14,875 nucleotides of DNA, from contig JBBIPP010000005.1 in NCBI GenBank assembly GCA_037442745.1, positions 1 to 14,875 of the forward strand. The letters run 5' to 3'. The notes under the pieces were generated by a model. That model was not told the origin of the DNA and did no database searches. It saw only the letters and a list, made by a program, of their open reading frames with translations. Shown here one piece after another: positions 7,402-14,813 of the stretch (within the stretch, counting starts at the first letter, position 1; every line of letters starts with the position of its first letter). The position numbers and the translations under genes are program-made. Source of the DNA: an archaeon. Its GTDB lineage: Archaea > SpSt-1190 > DYHY01.

Positions 7402-7707
7402 ATGAAAGAGGTTTTTTTGGCACAGGTTTCTTTCTCGGGAATTCCCAAAAACTGCTTGGGCGTCCTGAAAAAGGCGCTTGTGGCGGACAGTTCGGATGAA
7501 GAGGCTTTGTTCAGCCAGAATTCAGTTACACTCGTCCAGGGAAAGGGCGAAAGCTGGGCAAACTTCCGCTCAAGAGTCAACACACTTCTCAGGTCAATTG
7601 AAGCGTGCGGGAGAACTTCTCTTGAGATTGGCAAAAAAGCAGATAAAGATGGCAAGCGCAAGGGAAAGTGGTTGGTTCCAAAAAATGGCAAAATCGGGAA
7701 ACAATGA
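7402..7707 (+). CDS. pcc1: KEOPS complex subunit Pcc1-like protein
   Basis: FRSRVNTLLRSI matches the Pcc1 LRAxxNSxLR helix. It lies between rpoP and pfdB, as in many archaea. Confidence 0.7.
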   Translation: MKEVFLAQVSFSGIPKNCLGVLKKALVADSSDEEALFSQNSVTLVQGKGESWANFRSRVNTLLRSIEACGRTSLEIGKKADKDGKRKGKWLVPKNGKIGKQ

Positions 7708-8068
7708 TTTCGGAAAGGAAGAGGCAGCGGTACAGGCCCAGGGTTTCGTAATGCAGTTGCAAGCATACCGCGACCAGCAGCAGGCACTCCTGATGCAAAG
7801 ACAGCAGATTGAAATAGCGCTTGCGGAAATTTCTAGCGCTCTAGAGGCCTTGAAGAAGACTGAAGAGGGAAAAATCTACCGGGCAATAGGCCCGATAATG
7901 GTGAAGAAGGACAGGATTGCGGTTGAAAGCGACCTATCCGAAATGTCGGAGACGTCGAAAATCCGCCTTGCGACAGTGAAAAAGCAGGAAGAAAAAGTCA
8001 AGGAAAAAATAAAGGAATTGACCGAGAAAATAGCCCCCCTCATGAAGCAGGCGGGCTTTGAGCCTTAA
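7685..8068 (+). CDS. pfdB: Prefoldin subunit beta
   Basis: Coiled coil, KIYRAIGPIMVKKD hairpin, coiled coil. ATG 7685 gives a typical 127 aa; an alternative in-frame ATG is at 7649. Confidence 0.93.
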   Translation: MAKSGNNDFGKEEAAVQAQGFVMQLQAYRDQQQALLMQRQQIEIALAEISSALEALKKTEEGKIYRAIGPIMVKKDRIAVESDLSEMSETSKIRLATVKKQEEKVKEKIKELTEKIAPLMKQAGFEP

Positions 8069-8070
8069 CA

Positions 8071-9036
8071 ATGGACAAGGTCAAGGGCAGCATTCCAAAG
8101 CTCCTGTCCGGGAAGAACTCTTTGCTAATACTCACCCACAAGAACGCAGACATTGATTCGTTTGCTTCCGCAACAATTGTCCTTGAGGCAATCGGAAGGA
8201 ACAGATGCGCAATTGTCGCCCCGGGAGGTCTGGGAAAGCAGGCAAAAGAGGCTGCTGAGAAGCTTGGGATTTCTGTTTTCGAGGAAATTCCGGAGGGGGC
8301 TTTTGAGGGGACAATTGTTGTTGACACCTGTTCGGTCGCCCAGATAGAGCCCTTCTCGCCCGAGAGCCTTCCAAAACCCCTGATAGTAATTGACCATCAC
8401 AATCCCAAATCGGACGAGGACAACCTCCTTGATTTCGCGGAAGGGTATGTTGTGAAGCAGTATCCTTCCTCAGTTGAAGTTGTTCTTGAATCCTTCCCGC
8501 CAGTAACACAGGTTTCTCGGGTTGTTGGAATTGCTGGGATTTATGCGGACACCCGGCACTTGGCGCTAGGGACTGCCGGAACCCTGAAAAAAGTCCTTGA
8601 ACTCTCCCTTGGAGAGGATGAGCTCCTAAACGAGGGAAAGGCTCTTTCCAAGGGGCGCCCTGAATTCTCCCAGAGAATTGCGGTCCTAAAGTCGCTCCAG
8701 AAAATGCGGTTCGAGAGGCTGTCAAACGACATTGTTCTTGCAACTGCGGTTTCCGGAAGCTTTGAGAGCGCGGTAGCGGGCCAATTGATTTCGGCAGGCT
8801 CAGACATTGCGCTTGTCGCCGCTCCGAAAACCTGGGCAGTCCGGGTTTCGGCAAGGGCGACTCGCGAGCTCTCCGAGAGAATACACTTGGGGCAAGCCCT
8901 TGAGAAATTGGGGGGCGGGGGGCATCCTGGAGCTGCGGTTGTGAATATTGGGGTTTCCTCGAAAAATCCGAGCAATTCTGAAATCGAGGGAGCAATTTCC
9001 TCCGTAGCAACCATTATAAAGGAAATTTTGAGCTGA
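8071..9036 (+). CDS. DHH/DHHA1 family phosphoesterase (NrnA-like)
   Basis: THKNADID, VVDT, IDHH, YADT, SAR and GGGHPGAA motifs; usual neighbour of pfdB. Confidence 0.93.
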   Translation: MDKVKGSIPKLLSGKNSLLILTHKNADIDSFASATIVLEAIGRNRCAIVAPGGLGKQAKEAAEKLGISVFEEIPEGAFEGTIVVDTCSVAQIEPFSPESLPKPLIVIDHHNPKSDEDNLLDFAEGYVVKQYPSSVEVVLESFPPVTQVSRVVGIAGIYADTRHLALGTAGTLKKVLELSLGEDELLNEGKALSKGRPEFSQRIAVLKSLQKMRFERLSNDIVLATAVSGSFESAVAGQLISAGSDIALVAAPKTWAVRVSARATRELSERIHLGQALEKLGGGGHPGAAVVNIGVSSKNPSNSEIEGAISSVATIIKEILS

Positions 9037-9088
9037 ATTTAATCCGAAAAATCAAAGTTCCGGTTTTAAGGAGGTTCATACAATCAAA

Positions 9089-9439
9089 ATGCCGACAGGA
9101 CAAGACAACCCGCATCCGGATTTCCCGGACTATGGAAACGCTCTAAAAATTCTAAGCAATGTCTGCAGGGATCCGCAGGTTCCGAAAGGTGTAAAGAAAA
9201 AAATGGAAGAGGTCTCGGCAAAGCTCCTTTCAATGGACAGGCCCATTCAGGTTAAGATCAATTCCTGCACACATCTTCTTGACGAAATAAGCAATGACCC
9301 GAGCGTCCCTCCGCACACCCGGACGTTTGTCTGGCAGATTGCTGGGCTTTTGGAATCCGTCGGGAAAGGGGCTCAGCTCAAGGTTCAGGCAGCCCAGCAG
9401 ACAAGCCCGGTAACGGCAGCTCCAAGAGCCAAAAAATGA
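9089..9439 (+). CDS. UPF0147 family protein
   Basis: DPQVPKGVK and LDEISNDPSVPPHTRTFVWQIAGLLES match this archaeal family. Confidence 0.88.
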   Translation: MPTGQDNPHPDFPDYGNALKILSNVCRDPQVPKGVKKKMEEVSAKLLSMDRPIQVKINSCTHLLDEISNDPSVPPHTRTFVWQIAGLLESVGKGAQLKVQAAQQTSPVTAAPRAKK

Positions 9440-9478
9440 GCGCGGGGACGCGTTTCTGACAAAGGCAATTGGACATTT

Positions 9479-9528
9479 TAGGGAGCCGAGCCCCGGGAGA
9501 GGTCAGGGCTTTGGCCCGGGAAACCCTA
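9479..9528. other. GC-rich intergenic stem-loop of unknown function
   Basis: Outer stem TAGGG/CCCTA and inner stem GCCGAGCCC/GGGCTTTGGC. Confidence 0.4.
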
Positions 9529-9589
9529 TTGAGTAACCATTAAATAACCCGAAGAGTTAAATTCACTCGATAAAGGTGTTTTCGCGGAA

Positions 9590-9982
9590 ATGGTAATGAA
9601 AAGAATCAAGGAAATTTTCGGAAAAGTTGGGGATGCGTTCGCGGGAAAACCCGGGGACGGAAAAGCGGAAAATTCCGCATCCTCAAAAAGGACAGACCTG
9701 GTCAAAATAGAGGTAAAATCAGCCGAAAAGGAGCCCCTTTCGCTCGAGGTCGTGAAACTCCAGAATTTCTCGGAAACAGAGAACATCCTTGATTCCCTCC
9801 GGAGCGGGAAGAAAATACTCTTGGTCAAGATATCAGGCCTAAAGGAAAAGGACATGACTGAACTCAAGCGCGCGATAAACAGGTTCAAGACGCACTGCGC
9901 AGCAACTGGTTCTGACCTAGCTGCAATTGACGAGTCCTGGATAATCCTTGTTCCTCCTGTTGTTGGATTGGAAAGGGTTTGA
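9590..9982 (+). CDS. sepF: Cell division protein SepF (archaeal DUF552 type)
   Basis: ILDSLRSGKKILLVKIS...ELKRAINRFK...GSDLAAIDESWIILVPP. Upstream TTAAATA box at 9540-9546. Confidence 0.88.
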   Translation: MVMKRIKEIFGKVGDAFAGKPGDGKAENSASSKRTDLVKIEVKSAEKEPLSLEVVKLQNFSETENILDSLRSGKKILLVKISGLKEKDMTELKRAINRFKTHCAATGSDLAAIDESWIILVPPVVGLERV

Positions 9983-9998
9983 TTTTCGCATAGCCAAT

Positions 9999-10066
9999 TT
10001 TCAGGGGGTCAGGAGGACCCTGAAACTTGGGGGCTGAAAGCCCCGCGGTTTAGCGGGGAAACTGTC
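9999..10066 (+). mobile_element. Hairpin cluster resembling an orphan IS200/IS605-family right end (remnant or MITE-like element)
   Basis: GAAAGCCCCGCGGTTTAGCGGGGAAACTGTC resembles the GAAGCCCC-stem-TTTA-stem-GGGGA...TGTCA pattern downstream of tnpB. Two further hairpins lie upstream. No transposase is present in the window. Confidence 0.5.
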
Positions 10067-10191
10067 TGAATTTTTTCTCTCCGTTGGGCAAAGGAAAAAT
10101 TGCCGGAAGAAACAGGACAAGTTCCGAGAAAAAAAAATGGTTGCTGGCTCTTTTGCGAAAAAATGGCTGGATTGTTGTCTGAAAACTCCTC

Positions 10192-10208
10192 CAAAAACCT
10201 TAAATACC
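10192..10208 (+). promoter_or_regulatory. BRE/TATA promoter of rpoK-rps17e
   Basis: CAAAAACC-TTAAATA (10200-10206), 31 nt before ATG 10231. Confidence 0.65.
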
Positions 10209-10230
10209 CTGAAATTGGCCGGTAAAACCA

Positions 10231-10446
10231 ATGGTTGCTGATTCGGAAAAGCTCACAAGGTTCGAGAAAGCAAGGGTTCTCGGAGCAAGGGCGCTCCAGG
10301 TGTCCCTCGGCGCTCCCGTTCTTGTGAAAACAAAGGAAATCAATCCAGTCTCAATTGCGAGGGAAGAGCTTCGCGAGGGCGCAATAAAGCTCCTTGTCAT
10401 CAGGAAATATTCCGATGGCACTGAAATCAGACTGGAGGCATCCTAA
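10231..10446 (+). CDS. rpoK: DNA-directed RNA polymerase subunit K (Rpo6)
   Basis: LTRFEKARVLGARALQVSLGAP...IAREEL signature. Confidence 0.97.
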   Translation: MVADSEKLTRFEKARVLGARALQVSLGAPVLVKTKEINPVSIAREELREGAIKLLVIRKYSDGTEIRLEAS

Positions 10447-10448
10447 AA

Positions 10449-10793
10449 ATGGGAAAAGTAAGAATTCTTTTGATAAAGCGAGTAGCAAAGCAAATGGTTG
10501 AGAAATATCCAGAGAAATTCTCAAGGGATTTCGACCAGAACAAGAAAGCTTTGGAAGAACTCCGCCTTACTCAGAGGCTTCGAAACAGGGTTGCGGGATA
10601 TATCTCTTCCTTAATGGCGCCGTCCAAGAGTCCGAAAGCGCTCGGAGAGGAAAAACCGATTTTCGGAAGCGAATTCGACGCAGAACTCGGCCTCGGGGAA
10701 AGCCAGATTTTTGACCAGGAAGGGGAGCCAATTAACCCAATACGGGAAGAATCTGAGGTTGATGACGGAGAAGAAAAGCTCCAAGCAGAATAA
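10449..10793 (+). CDS. rps17e: 30S ribosomal protein S17e with an acidic C-terminal extension
   Basis: MGKVR...IKR...FSRDFDQNKK...LRNRVAGYIS. Confidence 0.95.
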   Translation: MGKVRILLIKRVAKQMVEKYPEKFSRDFDQNKKALEELRLTQRLRNRVAGYISSLMAPSKSPKALGEEKPIFGSEFDAELGLGESQIFDQEGEPINPIREESEVDDGEEKLQAE

Positions 10794-10906
10794 ACGCTAA
10801 AAAGCAGTTATTTTGCCTTTTTCTTTTTGGTCAATTATAGAAGACTTTATTTTGGCCCAAATTAAAAACAAAAGATTATATGTAAGTTGGCCCGTATTAG
10901 GTAAAT

Positions 10907-11296
10907 ATGGCCACTGAGGAATCCACTTATGCTGTCCTTGATTACTTGGGCTTGACAACCCACAAGGCCGAATATGAGAAAGTTGCAAGATCCCTTTCAT
11001 ATATCAAGCGGACATTCAAAGTGAAAGAGGAGTTCAAGCTCAACCAGATAATGCGTCCTCTTGCAGTTGAGCAGAACAACCGGAAGTGGCTTAGAACCCT
11101 TCTCTCGAAAATGGTCGAGCGAGGCTATCTCTACAGGCCGTCTTCTAAAAAGTATGCAAAGGCATACGACTCATTCGCAAATTGGCTCTCAGTTGCCCAC
11201 GGGAAAATAGATGTTATTGAGAATTCCGTCCAAGAGGCGCCGGCAAAACAGAGCGTCAAAGCGCCCGAGCAACAACTGCCAACAGACTCCCAATGA
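10907..11296 (+). CDS. Putative winged helix-turn-helix DNA-binding protein (TrmB-like N-terminus)
   Basis: LDYLGLT..E..V start and LRTLLSKMVERGYLYRPSSKKY recognition helix plus wing. TTATATG box 32 nt upstream. ATGA overlap with the kinase gene. Confidence 0.6.
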   Translation: MATEESTYAVLDYLGLTTHKAEYEKVARSLSYIKRTFKVKEEFKLNQIMRPLAVEQNNRKWLRTLLSKMVERGYLYRPSSKKYAKAYDSFANWLSVAHGKIDVIENSVQEAPAKQSVKAPEQQLPTDSQ

Positions 11297-12309
11297 AAGT
11301 CTGCTCTTTTTTCCAGTCAAACCTCGACAATTCGATTCCTCTGGGGACTGCCCTTCCTTTTCTCCCTGAAAAGTTGAAAGCCCGGGTTAAATTGCTTGAA
11401 AAATCCGGGAGGGGAACGGAAATTGTCCTTGGCTGTCCGCTAAAAATTCCTCTTGGGAGGGTCCGTTTGGGAGGCCAATCAGCAAACAGCGCCCTTGCCC
11501 TATCTGCTCTTGGAGCGGATGTCCTTCTCTCAGTCAATTCAGGAAAGGGGATTTTGGGGAAATATTGCGGAAAAGTGAGGCTTGCAGGAAATGACGGGCC
11601 TGCCAGAGTGCATCATGTCCTCGAGGGGAAAAACAGGATAATTCTCACATATGACCCGGAAAACTTGTCCGGGAAAATTCCAAAGGAATTCGTGAAAAGG
11701 GCGCGCTCAGAAAAGTTTGATTTCGGCATAATGTCTGGGCTTCATCTTGCAAAGAGTCCAGCCCCGGCAATTTCTCTTGGAAAAGCCATCCGGAAAAATG
11801 GGGCATTCGTTCATTTCGAGTTCAACGGAAAGGCGGGGGTTTCGGGAAAAGCGCTCCTTGGGAACGCCAAAGGCGCTTTCGACTCGCTCGGAATGAATGT
11901 CGAAGAGGCGGAAGAACTCTCGGGAAAAAAATGGGAAAAGCTCATTGGGCTTTCCGGAGCAAGGCTTGTTGTAATACATGGGGAAACGGAGAGTTACGCT
12001 TTCTTTGAAAAGGAGACTTTTTCCGAGGAAGCGATTGCCCGCTCGCTTGACTTTGCAGGACTTGTTGCAGCAAGCCATGCCTTGACAGGGAAAGATTTGT
12101 CTGAAAAAGGAATGCAGAGGCTTGAAGGGAGAAAACTCCTAAACTCTCCGGAAAACCCGCCAATTTTCTCCGAAAAGGGAAAAGTCTCAAGAGTAGTTGT
12201 TTCTTCCTGGAAAATCGGGAAAAAAGCAACTTCTCTGGGTCTTGGGGATTCCTTTGCTGGGGGATTTCTTTTTTCCCTTATGAGAGAACCCGATGCTCTC
12301 CTGAAATGA
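11293..12309 (+). CDS. ADP-dependent glucokinase/phosphofructokinase family protein (glucokinase-like, shortened)
   Basis: SNLD, RLGGQS, HHVLE, NRII, SGLH, VHFEF, DSLGMNVEE (NXXE) and SLGLGDSFAGG (catalytic Asp) motifs. Confidence 0.85.
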   Translation: MKVCSFFQSNLDNSIPLGTALPFLPEKLKARVKLLEKSGRGTEIVLGCPLKIPLGRVRLGGQSANSALALSALGADVLLSVNSGKGILGKYCGKVRLAGNDGPARVHHVLEGKNRIILTYDPENLSGKIPKEFVKRARSEKFDFGIMSGLHLAKSPAPAISLGKAIRKNGAFVHFEFNGKAGVSGKALLGNAKGAFDSLGMNVEEAEELSGKKWEKLIGLSGARLVVIHGETESYAFFEKETFSEEAIARSLDFAGLVAASHALTGKDLSEKGMQRLEGRKLLNSPENPPIFSEKGKVSRVVVSSWKIGKKATSLGLGDSFAGGFLFSLMREPDALLK

Positions 12310-13363
12310 CTTTTCCGTCGGGGATTTTTGCGCCCTCGCAGACAATGCAGTTAGAAATTGCGCACCAGTTTCCGACAATCGAGCTAGGAAAAACGAGGCA
12401 ATTCTCAAGCCGGGAGTTGTCGCCAATTACCGCATTCTTCATTATGTGGTTGTTCTTCGACAGGAAGACGTTCTTTCCTATTTTCGCCCCTCCGTCAACA
12501 AGAGTCTGGCCTTGTGCATGTGTCCCTTCCCCAATAACCGCGTCCTTTGAGAAATAATGCTGTCCGAAAAGCTTCTTTCCAAGGGAGAACTCGTTAGCAA
12601 GGAGATATCCTTGGGGCTTTCCAATGTCAATCCAGAATTCCTTTGAAATGAATCCGTTCAAATGCTGGCTTTTGGCAAGAAGATGCTCCCAGATATCTCC
12701 CAAGTTGTCCGGCTTTTTCCCGAGCGCTTTTTGCTTTTCAATATACTCGGGAACGGTCTCGCGGAAAAACTCCGGGCCAACATAGTATATTGCGGTTGAA
12801 ATCAAATCAGAGGGAGGGTCCTTTGGCTTTTCATGGAATTTGACTATTTTTCCGTCCCCCCTTACCTCCGCAATTCCCATCTGGGAGAGCAGTTCCTTAT
12901 GGGGGAATTTGTGAAGGCTGATTGTTGCGGTTGCTCCGGAAGAAAAGTGACTTTCCTCGAGCGCGGAGAAATCGAAATAAGGCGAGAAATTGTCCGCTCC
13001 GACAATCAGGGTGTTCGAATTGAACTTGACCTGGCTCGCAATAAAGTCGAGCGCTCCGACAGCTCCGAGTTTCTTGTCCTCGCTTCCTGTTGCCTCAACT
13101 ACATAGGAAACCGAGTAGAGCCCGAACTGCCTTCCGGAACCTATGTGGTTCTCGAGCATTGGGAAGAATGTGTCGTTGACTGACAAGATAACTTCCCTAA
13201 AGCCGTGCCGGGAGAGGTTCTCAAGAAGGTATTCAACTGCAGGCACTCCTGCAACAGGGAGGAGCTCTTTTGGGGTTTTCAGGGTAAGGGGCCTGAGGCG
13301 CGTTCCATATCCTCCGGCAAGAACAAGGGCTTTCTTTGAGGAACGTCCATTGCTCTCTGCCAT
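12278..13363 (-). CDS. NDP-sugar pyrophosphorylase / sugar-1-phosphate nucleotidyltransferase with a left-handed beta-helix tail
   Basis: LAGGYGTRLRPLT..PKELLPVAG, FHEKP, WIDIG and C-terminal hexapeptide repeats. Start set at MAESN (13363), 32 nt after minus-strand TTTATAT. Confidence 0.92.
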   Translation of the reverse strand: MAESNGRSSKKALVLAGGYGTRLRPLTLKTPKELLPVAGVPAVEYLLENLSRHGFREVILSVNDTFFPMLENHIGSGRQFGLYSVSYVVEATGSEDKKLGAVGALDFIASQVKFNSNTLIVGADNFSPYFDFSALEESHFSSGATATISLHKFPHKELLSQMGIAEVRGDGKIVKFHEKPKDPPSDLISTAIYYVGPEFFRETVPEYIEKQKALGKKPDNLGDIWEHLLAKSQHLNGFISKEFWIDIGKPQGYLLANEFSLGKKLFGQHYFSKDAVIGEGTHAQGQTLVDGGAKIGKNVFLSKNNHIMKNAVIGDNSRLENCLVFPSSIVGNWCAISNCIVCEGAKIPDGKVISGEHRVLS

Positions 13364-13372
13364 CTTGAAATA

Positions 13373-13391
13373 AAGGTAATACAAGGTAATA
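13373..13391. repeat. Tandem direct repeat AAGGTAATA x2 with a 10-bp period
   Basis: Exact copies at 13373-13381 and 13383-13391, between the TATA box and the start of the nucleotidyltransferase gene. Confidence 0.7.
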
Positions 13392-13523
13392 TAAAGTTTT
13401 TCTTGGCCGATATCCGGGTTTTCTAGGGCTTTTCTGAATAGTTTGGGCTAAGTTTCCGTCAAGGAAAGTGTGCGCCAACCGGGGAATTGGATAAATAATT
13501 GAAAGGCGCTAAATTCCCCCAGA

Positions 13524-13976
13524 ATGGAAACAGGTTTGAAACAGCCCTCTGCCGATTTTCCGGCACTCCGGATTTACTCAATGAACGGGAACGAAATCGG
13601 GAAAATGTCCGCAACTCCCGAGGCTGTCGAGATTCTGCTCGGGGAAAGGATTCTCTCAATCCCGAGAAAGGAAATAAAGGCTGCTGGATCCAACCGGGTC
13701 GGGCGAATAGGTCTCGATAGCTATGTGATGAAGCTCTTCATTTCGACATTTGCGGCTGCAAAGCTCCGTAGCGAGTTCTCCCAGGTAAATATTTTGAACC
13801 AAAACGGAGTCCCGTATCCTCCGGCATCAATAGGAACTGTCACCGGGGAATATGCCGAGTTCTTCATTTCCTCAAATGACGTTTTTGGGACTAACGGAAC
13901 TGGGCCCGCTCCCGCGAGGAAATTCATGGACGAGATAAACGGGACAAGCCCTGAACGGCTGAGACTGCCCGATTGA
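13524..13976 (+). CDS. Hypothetical protein, possibly PH-like fold
   Basis: 150-aa ORF with ATAAATA 33 nt upstream. GKMSAT...ILSIPRKEIK and a C-terminal helix loosely resemble bacterial PH domains. Confidence 0.6.
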   Translation: METGLKQPSADFPALRIYSMNGNEIGKMSATPEAVEILLGERILSIPRKEIKAAGSNRVGRIGLDSYVMKLFISTFAAAKLRSEFSQVNILNQNGVPYPPASIGTVTGEYAEFFISSNDVFGTNGTGPAPARKFMDEINGTSPERLRLPD

Positions 13977-13994
13977 GCCAAATAAGCAAGTCAT

Positions 13995-14813
13995 TTACTT
14001 GAGATAGCTTGCAGGAATTTCTCTTCTAAGATTATTCAAATTAAATTTCATCGCTTCAGCAGTAAATTGGACAGGCTCCCTTGCAATATTTTCTAATACA
14101 GGTTCATTCACTGGACTATTGGTAGTCACTATTGAAGATTTTGGAAGTTTTGGCCTATAGTGTCTCGAAATCTCCTCTGCAACAATACAAGCAATTTTCT
14201 TTGCGTCTGCAGTATATTTGCGAATGGCAATCTCTATCAGATTGGTCGCCTCTTTTTTATATGACTCGTTCCCTTTAATTCCGAGGGAAACACTCTCAAG
14301 GGAATAAGGATAGACAGTATAAAGAGAGAAGCCAATTGATGGAGCAGTCACTTCAGGAATGCCTGTTAATACGTTCAGGAAAACCACATCACCTATTTGA
14401 ACGCTGTCTTTGTAGATAGACAGCCAAATTCCCCCTCCACAATTTTTCACGGCTCTTTCGAAAGCGGCTTGTCTGTCAGAGAGATCTCCAAAATGATCTT
14501 CCGGCTCGACCGAATATCCATTCTTTTCAAGGGAATCAAGAACTCCGAAAAGGATTTTTTCCTGATCCTTGATGTTCATTCCTCTTTTTGGCTTAAATCT
14601 CAGGTGGAAACTTGGTATGCCTTTTCTTTGGAAATTTGCATATCCTTCCGAAGTAAAAGGCTGCCCTAAAACAACATCCAGAAATGTTGGCCTGGAAAAA
14701 GATATTTCAATTGGATTTCCTTGTTCGGGAGCAAACCCATTTCCGGCAAGGAGACTTTTTTCATTCGTCGCAGCATATTCGTCATAGAGTGCTAACAATT
14801 GTTTAGTTGTCAT
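13995..14813 (-). CDS. Hypothetical protein, AT-rich gene
   Basis: 272-aa ORF with its own minus-strand AACC-TTTATTAA promoter 31 nt upstream. No recognisable motif. Confidence 0.75.
   Translation of the reverse strand: MTTKQLLALYDEYAATNEKSLLAGNGFAPEQGNPIEISFSRPTFLDVVLGQPFTSEGYANFQRKGIPSFHLRFKPKRGMNIKDQEKILFGVLDSLEKNGYSVEPEDHFGDLSDRQAAFERAVKNCGGGIWLSIYKDSVQIGDVVFLNVLTGIPEVTAPSIGFSLYTVYPYSLESVSLGIKGNESYKKEATNLIEIAIRKYTADAKKIACIVAEEISRHYRPKLPKSSIVTTNSPVNEPVLENIAREPVQFTAEAMKFNLNNLRREIPASYLK

Noticed and set aside
7478-7684. Long N-terminal extension of pfdB
   Set aside because: It overlaps pcc1, and prefoldin beta length fits a start at 7685.
8132-9010. 292-aa antisense ORF and other shadow ORFs (e.g. 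7194-7787, 3131-3586, 8541-9014)
   Set aside because: They lie opposite or within well-supported genes and have R/P/S/Q-rich, non-protein-like composition.
9437-9528. Selenocysteine readthrough of the UPF0147 TGA with the downstream hairpin as SECIS
   Set aside because: The protein domain is already complete, readthrough adds only a short unremarkable tail, and the hairpin lacks a clear archaeal SECIS consensus.
10136-10146. AATGGTTGCTG duplicate of the rpoK start
   Set aside because: Only 11 nt and could be chance; no longer duplication is visible.
10001-10231. Minus-strand ORFs of 76 and 61 aa between sepF and rpoK
   Set aside because: They overlap the hairpin cluster and, for the longer one, the rpoK promoter; no motifs.
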